Source of the DNA: a virus
IMG/VR virus record: IMGVR_UViG_3300045120_000483
Span: 1 to 64,000 of that record
DNA: 64,000 nt
Reading direction: 5' to 3' (one strand)
Positions 38,581 through 48,394 of this stretch are shown piece by piece. The translations under genes and the position numbers were made by a program. The notes beneath the pieces were generated by a model that made no database searches, had not been told where the DNA came from, and saw only the letters and a list, made by a program, of their open reading frames with translations. How positions within the stretch are numbered: the stretch's first letter is position 1; every line of letters begins with the position of its first letter.

Positions 38581-39243
38581 CTAACCATCATGTTTCTCCC
38601 GGGGAATAAACAAAGTGTCTGACACGTTACGACCCACTTCCTTATAATTCAATTCCTCAAAAAGCTCCTGAAGGGGAAGATGTAGAGTTTCAACAGAAAT
38701 AGCTGGTCGGTACTTCTTAATCGTCTCCAGACCCCCCGAAATGATTTGGTATTCCGCCCCCTCCGTATCCAATTGAATGGCATCCAGACCATGAGCCCAC
38801 GCAAAATCATCGATAGCAACGGTCGGAACCGGAACCTCCGTTTCCTTCTTTTCATGAACAAGGGAATGCTCCCCCGAATTCAGATAAGAGGTACGTCTTA
38901 ATATAGCCATTCCGACTTTATCAAAAAGAGCCTTGTTGTGAGGAAAGATATTTCGCCCAAAACAATTCTGTTGAAGACAATAGAAATTCAGGGCTTCCGG
39001 CTCATAGGTAATCACTTCGGAAAACACTTCCGACCACAACCTGGGATACATCCCACATCCTCCCCCGGCCTGGAGGAGGACGCCCTTCGGCATCTTTGTC
39101 ATGTTGTTTAAAAAAAGCTTCTTTAGGCCCGGAAATTCGTTGGAGGGACCATCCCAAAGCCCATTATCTTCCTTAATCCAGGTCCAGGGGCCGACCCCCT
39201 CAATTTGTTGTTCTCTTACCGTCACTAAATCTCTAAAATTCAT
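38581..39243 (-). CDS. FkbM-family methyltransferase
   Basis: QAGGGCGMY, YEP, N.G, QLDTEGAE..I.KYRP. Confidence 0.85.
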   Translation of the reverse strand: MNFRDLVTVREQQIEGVGPWTWIKEDNGLWDGPSNEFPGLKKLFLNNMTKMPKGVLLQAGGGCGMYPRLWSEVFSEVITYEPEALNFYCLQQNCFGRNIFPHNKALFDKVGMAILRRTSYLNSGEHSLVHEKKETEVPVPTVAIDDFAWAHGLDAIQLDTEGAEYQIISGGLETIKKYRPAISVETLHLPLQELFEELNYKEVGRNVSDTLFIPREKHDG

Positions 39244-39381
39244 ATCTTAATATCTTCCTCCAAATAGTATACCTGTCCTTCTTTTATCATCATAGGCTTT
39301 TCCACCATCGGATATATCCTTATCCCCGTCCCATTGCTTATTATGATTTCTTGTTTACCCGGAGATATGTAAACCACATCT

Positions 39382-40410
39382 TTACTTTCGCTCTTGAACA
39401 TTTACTTTACTCCAAAAAGCTAATTTAGCTTGAGCCATCATACCTGAGTAGGTATTTTCCAAAAGAATAGTCTCAATCTGAGACGGAGAATGCCCGTCCA
39501 GAACCATCGCATTGATATCTTTGGGTTTTAGGCCGGGGGGCCAAATGACCACCGAAAATCCCGTCGAAATAGCCTTAAGGATTTTTTCCTTAAGGTGAGG
39601 ACTTCGGGGTTCATTATCATAACAAACAACAAGTTTAACAGAGGGAAGATGCTTTGTCAAGGAAGAAAAGTTAGCTCCCGCAATTGCTACTGAGTTAGAA
39701 AGAAAGGCACAATCTAGAGGTCCTTCCAGGGCGTAGATCGTCTGAGAGAAATCAACCTTTTCCAGGTTGTAAATCATCGCATGAGAATCATCCAGATTGA
39801 TGGAAATGTAGCGAACTCCATCCGGCTCTAGGCTTCGGCCCTGATAAGCAAAAAGTTTCTTTTCCCGGGAAAAGAACGGAATGATAACCCGACCATGCTC
39901 ATATCCCATTGATTCCGGAGAGAATTTACCCGGCATCAAATTATTCGTCCAGGCCTGAAAATTAGGAACCCACCGAAATTCCTCCAGATAATCCGCAGGA
40001 ATCTTTCGGCCTCTCAGGTATTTAACTGCTTCATGGTTCGGCGGCAAATGGGTGATTTTCTTCGCTCTAGAATAGGCTTCAAATGCTCTCTCCAAATCGT
40101 TCTTAACAGCAATCTCCTCCGGGGTCTTGATCTCTGCTTGCCGGGGTCCATACTTTTCGAACTTCAATTGAGACCAAAGCACGGGATCAATCCGGTATAA
40201 AAAGACCTCAAAAGGAAGGTCAACGGAACAGTTGAAGCACCGGAAGCGATAGTCTCCTTCCTTTTCATAGATATACCCCCGCTTCTTTCGTTTATTCGCA
40301 GAATCACCACATAGCGGGCAAGAAAAATTGACTAGCTTCGGGGACTTACGCTTGAACCCCTCTAACCGTACAGCTACCAGATTGATATATTTTTGGTGAA
40401 AAAACGACAT
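39382..40410 (-). CDS. gp61: DNA primase
   Basis: CPLCGDS..CFNC Zn finger, QGRSL, EGPLD, YDNEPR, KDIN. Confidence 0.95.
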   Translation of the reverse strand: MSFFHQKYINLVAVRLEGFKRKSPKLVNFSCPLCGDSANKRKKRGYIYEKEGDYRFRCFNCSVDLPFEVFLYRIDPVLWSQLKFEKYGPRQAEIKTPEEIAVKNDLERAFEAYSRAKKITHLPPNHEAVKYLRGRKIPADYLEEFRWVPNFQAWTNNLMPGKFSPESMGYEHGRVIIPFFSREKKLFAYQGRSLEPDGVRYISINLDDSHAMIYNLEKVDFSQTIYALEGPLDCAFLSNSVAIAGANFSSLTKHLPSVKLVVCYDNEPRSPHLKEKILKAISTGFSVVIWPPGLKPKDINAMVLDGHSPSQIETILLENTYSGMMAQAKLAFWSKVNVQERK

Positions 40411-40418
40411 TCGGTTTC

Positions 40419-40500
40419 AGAATACACCCAACTCCCTGAGTTGTCAACGAAAAAGAAATAGCATTTTCCTGTTGACAGAATCAAAACAAAATGCGATAAC
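40419..40500. promoter_or_regulatory. Divergent sigma70-type promoters
   Basis: (-) TTGACA-17-TATTCT; (+) TTGACA-17-GATAAC. Confidence 0.75.
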
Positions 40501-40524
40501 TAATCATCGAAACAGGAGGACCCC

Positions 40525-40857
40525 ATGGCCAAGACGAAGGAAAAGGTTCCGGAACTGAGGATCACTGAGGCAAATCAGTCGGAAATGATCAACCGCTTTG
40601 CGGAGATCAAGGCCTTCAAGGCCAGCATCGAAGCCGAAGAAAAGCTGATTCGGGACGCCTTTGTGAAGCTGGGAGGTCAGACCCTAATCGACAACGATGA
40701 GTTCGAAGTCTCTAATGAACTCTTTGTGGTCCGGGCCATTATCACCGATACCGATCGATTCGACACCAAACGCTTCAAGGAAGAGCACCCGGACCAGTAC
40801 AAAGCTTATCTGAAGGCCGGGACGACCACTACCGTCACCTGTTGCAACCGCAAGTAA
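40525..40857 (+). CDS. Early protein resembling YqaJ-family C-terminus
   Basis: SD AGGAGG; RFDTKRFKEEHPDQY. Confidence 0.65.
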   Translation: MAKTKEKVPELRITEANQSEMINRFAEIKAFKASIEAEEKLIRDAFVKLGGQTLIDNDEFEVSNELFVVRAIITDTDRFDTKRFKEEHPDQYKAYLKAGTTTTVTCCNRK

Positions 40858-40870
40858 GGGAGGAAATATC

Positions 40871-41083
40871 ATGAGCGAACAAGAATATCTCCCCTATGCC
40901 GTTCGAACAATTGATCATATCAACGGCCCCCTGATAGCCCGATTTCATTCAATGTCAGTAGCCGAAGATTTTGCGTTAGAGAGGTCTAGGCGCTATCGAA
41001 ATCACACATATTTTGTCATCGATACCAACTATAAAGACCCCCATATAACAACGATATTCCGAAATGGAGAAAGCATAACTTAA
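40871..41083 (+). CDS. Hypothetical
   Basis: SD GGAGG. Confidence 0.6.
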   Translation: MSEQEYLPYAVRTIDHINGPLIARFHSMSVAEDFALERSRRYRNHTYFVIDTNYKDPHITTIFRNGESIT

Positions 41084-41159
41084 AATAACACTTGACTTAA
41101 GATGCCGAATTTTGTATTCTCTCATTATCGGAAACGGGATGCAACGGAGGAACAAAATC

Positions 41160-41495
41160 ATGGCAAATCATCTGGTTACCCGCGACACGATGCAGACCCT
41201 GGTGAACAACCCGGCTCTTCGGGATCAGGTCATCGGGCGGGCCTTGGTTGTGATCTTCAAAAACCAGACTGCCTCAGAGCGGATGGTCAATACCACTGAG
41301 GTAGACAACGGGGTGGGTTTCACCGGAGCGGACGCCAAGTCGGGCTCTATCACCGCCAAGTATTTCATCAAGCATGGAACTTTGTTGGAGTGGCAGGTTG
41401 AAAGGTGGATGAAGCCCGGAAAGTCCGGCTTTGCGCGGATCACCAAATACTGGGCCCAATTGGATGAGGCCGCCAAGGCTAAAGCGGCGGCTTAA
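41160..41495 (+). CDS. Conserved early phage protein
   Basis: Promoter TTGACT-17-TATTCT at 41092-41120; SD GGAGG; RALV..QT..E..NGVGF..DA. Confidence 0.7.
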   Translation: MANHLVTRDTMQTLVNNPALRDQVIGRALVVIFKNQTASERMVNTTEVDNGVGFTGADAKSGSITAKYFIKHGTLLEWQVERWMKPGKSGFARITKYWAQLDEAAKAKAAA

Positions 41496-41508
41496 AAAAG
41501 GAACCGGG

Positions 41509-42009
41509 TCAGGGAGAACTTACCCCCACCCGGTTCACTTCTGGCCCTAATATTGTAATCGAAACATTGATATCCTCTTCCTGGATAGGCCAGATGTACT
41601 GTTGGAAAACATTACACCAGCGGGTCACTTTCGACCTGTAAATGGCCTGTCCAGGTTCGGCATCCTTCGGAATTGAAAACTTAGTTTGAAAAGATTGTGG
41701 AGTGTGCTGCATCGCATAATGATAGGTCGTTGGAGCTTGTTCAAATTGTTGAACGATTGGCAGCATTCCAGGTTTATTCACATTAGTAATTAAAAAGCGA
41801 CGAACGATTCCATCACAATTACGATGTTCTGTGGCCAACCATTTGAAGGTTACTTCTGACCCGGGATAAATCTCCTTGGGAAAAATATCAACAGAATGAA
41901 TTGTAATGGCGGGATGTCGATCCGCCAACATGAGAATAGGAGCGGCGATTACACTAATCGAAAATAATGCCGCCAAAATATGACACATGATATAACGGGG
42001 AATCTTCAT
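41509..42009 (-). CDS. Membrane-anchored periplasmic Ig-like protein
   Basis: N-terminal TM, two periplasmic Cys; coupled to the holin-like gene. Confidence 0.55.
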   Translation of the reverse strand: MKIPRYIMCHILAALFSISVIAAPILMLADRHPAITIHSVDIFPKEIYPGSEVTFKWLATEHRNCDGIVRRFLITNVNKPGMLPIVQQFEQAPTTYHYAMQHTPQSFQTKFSIPKDAEPGQAIYRSKVTRWCNVFQQYIWPIQEEDINVSITILGPEVNRVGVSSP

Positions 42010-42257
42010 TTTCCTACCCCCATAAAATGCTGAAGGGCCTCCCATGCTGCATAAAGAGCAACAGGAGCGCCAACAATCCAACCAGCCCAGATTCTAACTG
42101 AGGCCCATAACCACTCCATTCTTGCATCCGACTCCATAATCTTTCGAAGCTGTTCAACCTCTTTATGGGTAAGTGGCCGGTGATCATCGGGGTCTCCCTC
42201 ATATTTGTAGAATGGCCGATGAATTTCCGGATCGATACCCTTCTGTTCCTCAGTCAT
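42006..42257 (-). CDS. Holin-like single-TM protein
   Basis: Soluble N-terminus and Trp-rich C-terminal TM; in late block. Confidence 0.4.
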   Translation of the reverse strand: MTEEQKGIDPEIHRPFYKYEGDPDDHRPLTHKEVEQLRKIMESDARMEWLWASVRIWAGWIVGAPVALYAAWEALQHFMGVGK

Positions 42258-42456
42258 CCTGCGCATCCCCCTTAACAAAGGAAATGCCATTTTGTTCCAT
42301 AACTTTCTTTCTTTTTAAAAGAAAAGATGAAAACTTTCTACGCTTACCCAAAGCAGGATCATACATAGTCACCGGACCAGATGTGGAGGAACTAGCCCCG
42401 GCACTACAAGTTGGGGCGTCTTCGTTGATTTCTTTAGATTCGTCTAAGTGCATCAA
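42250..42456 (-). CDS. Small head protein mimicking the gp23 N-arm
   Basis: INEDAPTCSAGASSST..YDPAL versus gp23 LGEAAPTNSMGASSST..FDPIL. Confidence 0.6.
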   Translation of the reverse strand: MMHLDESKEINEDAPTCSAGASSSTSGPVTMYDPALGKRRKFSSFLLKRKKVMEQNGISFVKGDAQDD

Positions 42457-42826
42457 TGATCCCCTGATCCATCCCGATTTCGTCGGTCCTTATTATTCCC
42501 TCTTCCGAAACATTCCTAATAAGCTCCACCATGATCCCCAAATAGACTAAGAAGGGTTTCAGAAGAGACATATGCTGAACCATTTTTAGGTAGAGAATTC
42601 TACATAATACCTCCGGAGAGAAGACATTATGTAGAACAATCAAATGGTTCAGTATCAGCCTATCTTTCAGTTCTCCTCTTTCTTGCCACCGGGTTAATAG
42701 TTTTTTAATGTACTTTATTCGGTTAACGTCTTCTAAAAATTCCTCCGTTGAGTGACACTGAGGATTGGAGTAGTTCTTGGCACAGTATAAAAGAAAATTA
42801 CGATCATTAAGGACTTCCATAATCAT
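42434..42826 (-). CDS. Conserved T4-like phage protein
   Basis: Y.NPQC..EEF.ED..RIKYIK.L..RLILNH....NVF. Confidence 0.7.
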   Translation of the reverse strand: MIMEVLNDRNFLLYCAKNYSNPQCHSTEEFLEDVNRIKYIKKLLTRWQERGELKDRLILNHLIVLHNVFSPEVLCRILYLKMVQHMSLLKPFLVYLGIMVELIRNVSEEGIIRTDEIGMDQGIIDALRRI

Positions 42827-43476
42827 GTAACTTTAATATGTAAAAGATCAACTCTATTAGAATATTCAGCTTTTGAGACTCTCAAAAAATTACCATTAAG
42901 GTCATGACAAGGTACTTTACCTTTGTATTTCAAACTATTTCCAGGTTTTAATTTTCCTTTATTACTATTACTAAGCTTAATCCGAAGTTCATCAGGACAA
43001 GCTTTCCCTTTTAAGGCTTTCGAAAGGTTTAAACAATGTATAATCGACCTCTCTTTTCCTTTCAGTTTATTTGCATATTTGTTAACCCTTTCGTCTTTTT
43101 CTTTTGTCAATCCTTTATTCCAAGGAATTTTTCCTTTATTCACCACCCCTTTGCTTGAAGCACTAATTTTTCTTTTTGTACTTTCATCACATTTTGCAAA
43201 ATTTCCACCACCAGCTAATCGTGTTAAATTATAGTATTTTTTTCCAAGTTCATTCGGATGTATCAGATTAAGCCATTTTTGTTCAATCTCTCTTATAGTA
43301 TCTTTTGTTTCAACGTATAATACTATCTTTCTCCTAAAGTCACTGGGTCTTCTTCTATATGAATTTAACATCCATTTTGAACTACATACATAACCATCAT
43401 TTTCCTCCCCCCAATGAGAACCTACATAATACATTCTTCGCTTCTTATCAAACCAAATATACACAAACCCGGACAT
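42823..43476 (-). mobile_element. Seg-like GIY-YIG homing endonuclease
   Basis: GFVYIW..YYVGSH, GYVCSS, PWNKG, NUMOD3-like repeats; visibly AT-rich. Confidence 0.85.
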
Positions 43477-43794
43477 TTAAAAATCACTTAATGCTACACG
43501 CTTAAGAACGTTATTTCCAGTAGCAAAATAAAGATAGGCATCACTGAATAACAAAGTCCCGGCCCCCACATTTAAAGCCGTGGAATTAGCCGGGTCTGAA
43601 ATGGTGTTGGTAAAACCTAGATTGGCCGCTCTGATTTGAAGATTAGGGGTATTTGCCAGAAGATTGGCTAAGGTGATAATAGCCGTCTGAGCGGTAACAG
43701 AGTTGGCCGCATTATAGACAAAAAGGATTTTATCGGAAGTGTTTGCCGATGTCTTAACCGGCAACTCACTTGTTTTCTTGGTTGAGTCGGCCAC
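43477..43794 (-). CDS. Small virion structural protein (GTG start)
   Basis: MAD..KTSELP and YLY.A..N..KRVALS.F fibre-type motifs. Confidence 0.6.
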   Translation of the reverse strand: MADSTKKTSELPVKTSANTSDKILFVYNAANSVTAQTAIITLANLLANTPNLQIRAANLGFTNTISDPANSTALNVGAGTLLFSDAYLYFATGNNVLKRVALSDF

Positions 43795-43797
43795 GTA

Positions 43798-44652
43798 TTA
43801 TGCCTCAGGCAAAATAGAATTTGCCGACGATGCGGTGTTGTTGCTCTGCAATGAAGACATTTCTACTAGGCATTCGTAATGAACTCTACCCGCACGTCCT
43901 CCCAGGACAGAGACGTTTGCAGCCCCGCCAGTGGACGCCTGAAGATTAGCTAGCAAAGTAGCCGATGAACCGTTGGAAGCACCACCGTTGGCCGCCAGAA
44001 CCGCAATAACAACATCCGTATTCGCTTTGGTATTTGCGAAAAGTCCGACGTTGGTCAGAGTAATATCGACATTACCAAAGCCCCCAATGGAGTTAGTCAC
44101 CAAGGTGGCAGTGGCATTCACCGTTGCGTTACTTACTCTGATAGTATCGGTATTGTCATAACCCGAACCCCCAGTGACAGTCAGGTTCTTTAGAAGCTTC
44201 TCCCGCTGAAAAGCATAAACCAAACTGGAGTTGTTTGAAAAGATACCGGCCGCTCCGGTATTAACTGCCGCAGAGACAAGATTTCCGGTTGCATTGGTTG
44301 TTAGAACCACCGTTGCATCAGAAGTGCCGCCACTAATCTTAAGAGTGCTACCATTCGCAAAAAGAGCGCCGTTGGCGACCACTACCGTAACAATCGGGCC
44401 CTGACCTACCCGCCGAAGGTTCCAGCCCGGAGCGGTCACTTTTGACCCTTCTCCCGTAGTATTTGCCATTTTTGTCGGTGTTGCCGCCATCACCCCAATT
44501 GTCTGGGTATTAACAAAAGCATTAATGGTTGAATTAGCATACAATGCATCGTTATTGGCGCTTTGGTTTGTACGGCCCGAACCCTTATTCAGGCTCATTG
44601 CGACGAACTTTGGGGCGTTATTAACTAAATCTACACCTTTATAAATTGGCAT
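43798..44652 (-). CDS. Virion structural protein, Asn/Ala/Thr-rich
   Basis: PGW..R..G, GRAGRV.YE.LV.M, GGSGY; late promoter at 44681-44688. Confidence 0.65.
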   Translation of the reverse strand: MPIYKGVDLVNNAPKFVAMSLNKGSGRTNQSANNDALYANSTINAFVNTQTIGVMAATPTKMANTTGEGSKVTAPGWNLRRVGQGPIVTVVVANGALFANGSTLKISGGTSDATVVLTTNATGNLVSAAVNTGAAGIFSNNSSLVYAFQREKLLKNLTVTGGSGYDNTDTIRVSNATVNATATLVTNSIGGFGNVDITLTNVGLFANTKANTDVVIAVLAANGGASNGSSATLLANLQASTGGAANVSVLGGRAGRVHYECLVEMSSLQSNNTASSANSILPEA

Positions 44653-44657
44653 TTTTC

Positions 44658-46403
44658 TTAAACTCCTGATTTCTTTTGTGTATTTATCATTTTGGATTCT
44701 ACATTTAGGGTACTAGCCGACTTCCCCGTCTTATGGACATGGGCAATGGCATCATCCTGATTCTTAAAGACTTTGACCGGTCCCCCTCCGCCCGGAACGG
44801 CATGATACTTACCCTTCCGAAGATGAACATGACCAATCAGAAGACGACCCTTTCGGATACCTAGCTCATTGAGAGTTTCTTCCTTAGTCAGAAGGGGATG
44901 ATGAAGACCATAGGTTCCATCGCGGCCTTTGGTAAGCTTTCCCCCTGATACCGGTTTGGGGCGGGCTCTTTTGACAATCGGCCCATGACCTTTCAACTTA
45001 TCCCGGGCATCCTTATAGGTCTTGTACTGTTGGGCGTGATCTTTCATCTCCGCTTCAGCATCTCTTTTTTCCTTGGCGGCGTCCGCATAACGACCCAGAT
45101 GATAGGCCCTCTGAGCCTGATTATGATGATAATCAGCAACTTTCTTTAGCTTATGATATTCATTTCCAGCCCTTCCGGTTGCCGCCCGGGCCTTATCACT
45201 AGCAGCTTCATACTTGTCTTCATGATGATTTTCGATATCACTTAATCGGCCCTTGCCGGTTAACTCCGAAAGGACATCCTCCTTCACATACTTCATTGCT
45301 TTTTCGTCCCATCTCTTACCCGGGAGTTTAGGCATAGCAAACGGGGGCTTGTCTTCTTTCTTATCATCTAACCGTTGGTTTTTGAAAGCATTATGAGCGG
45401 GCGTTACCTTCAGAAATAATCTCCGACCTTCTTCTAGCTCTTCCTTATTCAACCTCATGACATTCTGAGAATTCTGCTTCTGATGAGCCATCAACTTCAT
45501 CAGTTTCTTACTGATAACCGGAGGCTTCTTTGGGGTGATCCAGGAAGGCTTCTTCAGAAGACTTTCATCCACTGCTTCATCAAAATATCTTTTCTCCAGG
45601 TACTTCTTAATCACCGGTAGATGTTCCTTTAGTTTTTTAACTTCATGGTCGGGTGCTTTGTGAATATAATTGGCAAGATGTTTTTGAGCAAAAGTATGGT
45701 GTAAGGATGCAGCTTCCAAAGCCGCCTTATGCTCTGACTCCTTTTTCTGACGGGCCCTATCACTCATTTTTTTAGTATTAAGTTCATGGTGAATATACTT
45801 GGCAAGACCATGCATCTCTTCGGATTGGGTGTTATGTTTCTCAAATTCTTTGACATGTTCATCGGACGTATAGCTACCCATCTTCTTGGAGTTTAGAGCG
45901 GACTCCGAAAGCCGGTAGTGTTCCATGACCCGCTCAACGACGGTTTTCTTTTTGTCAAGAAGGACTTCCGAATCCTTTGCGGTCGGGTCAAGGATCACCG
46001 GGGTCTTACCTCCCAACTTAACCTTATCATCCTTTTTGGCTTCTTCTTCTTTCATCGTATTCTTTGTCATCTTTCGTAAGGCTAAGTTCATGGAATTCTT
46101 TCGTTTATTTAGCTTTTGGGCGGCATATTCCGGGTTGTCCTTCAGGTTCTTATTCCGCAGACCGGCATGAACGATATAGGGACCCAACCGCTGATTTGAC
46201 ATTTCATTGATATTTTCGGCTGTTTTATGAGTTTTCACCAACCATTCAACGGCATCTTTTTTGGATGGATGATCCCTTTTTAAATTCCAATGAATAGACC
46301 GGGCATCCCAACCTTTTTTTCTAGGTTCAAAAATATTTCCTATATGCTTTCCATTGTATCTGACATTATGGACCGACCCGTCTTGTACTATCTTTACACT
46401 CAT
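44658..46403 (-). CDS. Modular His/Lys-rich internal head polyprotein
   Basis: INE, MKE, LSE, VDE, LEE, VKE, LSE, LNE linkers between basic modules. Confidence 0.6.
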   Translation of the reverse strand: MSVKIVQDGSVHNVRYNGKHIGNIFEPRKKGWDARSIHWNLKRDHPSKKDAVEWLVKTHKTAENINEMSNQRLGPYIVHAGLRNKNLKDNPEYAAQKLNKRKNSMNLALRKMTKNTMKEEEAKKDDKVKLGGKTPVILDPTAKDSEVLLDKKKTVVERVMEHYRLSESALNSKKMGSYTSDEHVKEFEKHNTQSEEMHGLAKYIHHELNTKKMSDRARQKKESEHKAALEAASLHHTFAQKHLANYIHKAPDHEVKKLKEHLPVIKKYLEKRYFDEAVDESLLKKPSWITPKKPPVISKKLMKLMAHQKQNSQNVMRLNKEELEEGRRLFLKVTPAHNAFKNQRLDDKKEDKPPFAMPKLPGKRWDEKAMKYVKEDVLSELTGKGRLSDIENHHEDKYEAASDKARAATGRAGNEYHKLKKVADYHHNQAQRAYHLGRYADAAKEKRDAEAEMKDHAQQYKTYKDARDKLKGHGPIVKRARPKPVSGGKLTKGRDGTYGLHHPLLTKEETLNELGIRKGRLLIGHVHLRKGKYHAVPGGGGPVKVFKNQDDAIAHVHKTGKSASTLNVESKMINTQKKSGV

Positions 46404-46939
46404 TGTTTCTTAATCAACTTTCGTATTGTTTTCAAGGTCTTAGAGCCTTGTCCGGGGGTGTCGTTTCGGTAATTCTTTAGAAGTTCGGGACTACCGGTCA
46501 TGCGACGGGAGGACATCATTTCCATCTCTGTTAAGTCCCGATCAATATCCGCCCCGGCCAAAAAGCTATTGACCCGGTTGAATGCCACATTTTCAGGTGT
46601 TAAATGGGAGGGACAATCTTGATTCAGACCCCTATTATAAACTTCCATAATGATTTCAAGAGGATAACCATGCTTATCCGCCTTGGCTTTTAGATTATCC
46701 AGGGCTTCCCGACGCATGTTATCCGCAAGCAAATCAACCCGCAGTCGCGAATACAACTGAGGGTCCTTCAGGACATATTTTACAAGAGTTTCAAGGACCT
46801 CCGCCGCAAGGTCCCGGGTATAGGAATTGTTAAAAGATGAGCGGGGGTTGGTCAGAACTTGCCGATAATAGGCAATTCGGGAAATATTTTTTGCAAGTCC
46901 AGCCTGAAGTAATGCCGTTATTTTACCGTCTTGTGCCAT
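46400..46939 (-). CDS. Putative head protein with DUF5824-like module
   Basis: LKAKA...IMEVYNRG..AFNRVNSF; YRNDTPGQ; late promoter CATAAATA at 46984-46991. Confidence 0.55.
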   Translation of the reverse strand: MAQDGKITALLQAGLAKNISRIAYYRQVLTNPRSSFNNSYTRDLAAEVLETLVKYVLKDPQLYSRLRVDLLADNMRREALDNLKAKADKHGYPLEIIMEVYNRGLNQDCPSHLTPENVAFNRVNSFLAGADIDRDLTEMEMMSSRRMTGSPELLKNYRNDTPGQGSKTLKTIRKLIKKQ

Positions 46940-47008
46940 CTCTAGGGTTGCCGTAGCCTTATCTAGGGGGTCAAATTTCCTATTATTTATGAAATCTAGC
47001 CTTTTCAG

Positions 47009-47104
47009 CTAGATACCATGGATAACTAAGAAAATTACGACAACCCAAAGAGCTACTATTGCTAGTTGCAAAGCCCACTGAGGATCATTTGGACGTGTAC
47101 TCAT
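47009..47104 (-). CDS. 31-aa single-TM late peptide (not in ORF track)
   Basis: MSTRPNDPQWALQLAIVALWVVVIFLVIHGI; late promoter at 47127-47134. Confidence 0.5.
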   Translation of the reverse strand: MSTRPNDPQWALQLAIVALWVVVIFLVIHGI

Positions 47105-47203
47105 TTCACCCTATCCCTTTTTTAATTATTTATGGCATTTTGCTATTGACAGGGAAATGGCATTTCTGTATAGTCGGGAAATCGGAAACAGGAGGAACAC
47201 CCC

Positions 47204-47479
47204 ATGGCTCTCAAGGTACCGACCATTCACCTCAATGGCACTTCCAAGAAAGACCTGTTGGATGGCTATAAGGCGGCCTATCTGGCAGTCGGGGAAGCCC
47301 TTGATAAGCTTCAACAAACGGTCCCGCATGGTCGGGATTACTACGTCCAGGGTTCAGCAAGTTCTATCCAAGAGGCAATTGCTGAACATGTGGTCCGTTG
47401 GACCAAGCTGGATGATGTTCGGAAGGAGTTACTGGAGATCGCCATCGCCATTCAAGACCAGGGAAAGGACCGGTCATGA
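47204..47479 (+). CDS. Conserved early phage protein
   Basis: TTGACA-17-TATAGT at 47146-47174; PTIHLNGT..PHGRDYY.QG. Confidence 0.7.
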   Translation: MALKVPTIHLNGTSKKDLLDGYKAAYLAVGEALDKLQQTVPHGRDYYVQGSASSIQEAIAEHVVRWTKLDDVRKELLEIAIAIQDQGKDRS

Positions 47480-47742
47480 ACAAGTTCCCGATGAAGCTCA
47501 AGGTCACAGAACTGAAGCTGGGAGATGTTGTTGCCCTGGAATTCAATGGGGGGCCCTGGAACCATGCCATCGTGAGAAACATAACCAAAACTGATGTGGT
47601 CCTTTGGCGGCCCTACGGGACTACCACCAATTTCTCCTATACGGGAGGGGTCATCTGCCTTATCGGGGTGGAGGATAATATCGACTATTCTCTGACAACT
47701 GACCAAATCTTTGAAGTTGTCCAGCGGACGGAGTTGAAATAA
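47476..47742 (+). CDS. Small SH3-like protein
   Basis: ELKLGDVV; coupled start. Confidence 0.6.
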   Translation: MNKFPMKLKVTELKLGDVVALEFNGGPWNHAIVRNITKTDVVLWRPYGTTTNFSYTGGVICLIGVEDNIDYSLTTDQIFEVVQRTELK

Positions 47743-48008
47743 TGATCGTGATTCTCAATAAAGAAAATTTATTGAAAGAACTACAAAAGCCCTATCGGGT
47801 CTTCGTAGAGGTCAAGAATGTGTGGATGGAAAGTAGATTTACTGGGTTAGGGGCGAAATATCCGCTAGGGTTTCAGGTTCCGAAAGGAGCAACAATTGAG
47901 CTAATTAAAACACACGTCCTTGACGATGCTCTATTCCGGGTCTGCATCGAAAATAATATCTATGTTCGCGTACCCAAAGATACCCTTACGTTCCTGGGAC
48001 ACATCTAG
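47742..48008 (+). CDS. Hypothetical
   Basis: Coupled ORF. Confidence 0.5.
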   Translation: MIVILNKENLLKELQKPYRVFVEVKNVWMESRFTGLGAKYPLGFQVPKGATIELIKTHVLDDALFRVCIENNIYVRVPKDTLTFLGHI

Positions 48009-48394
48009 ACACCCGCTTCCGAAATTCAAAAATGGAGTTCCGGAGGGCCCGGAAGGCATCATTAAGACTGTCCCGGTCCCCATCATCAAGGTCCAGGACC
48101 TCTTCGTGAGTCCGCAGGACAGTATCAAAAACCTTCATCAGGTGTTCGGCATCAATTGCCAGATATTCAGCAAATTCAAGGGCATAGTCTTTGTTGTCTC
48201 TTGACATAATTTAATTTTTTCCTAATCTCTTTTCGGTCAATTTCCCAGGAGGAAACAGCCTCTTCAACCTCTGAATTATCGGGGTACTTTTCTCTCAGGT
48301 CTATGATTGCTTCATCAATCTCTCTAAGAGTTTGTTCGGCCCGGACAATCCGTTGTTTCCGGGTCAGGACATAATCATCAAGACAGACCACCAT
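47986..48394 (-). CDS. Two small helical hypotheticals (47986-48207 and 48176-48394)
   Basis: Consecutive ORFs after 48395. Confidence 0.55.
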
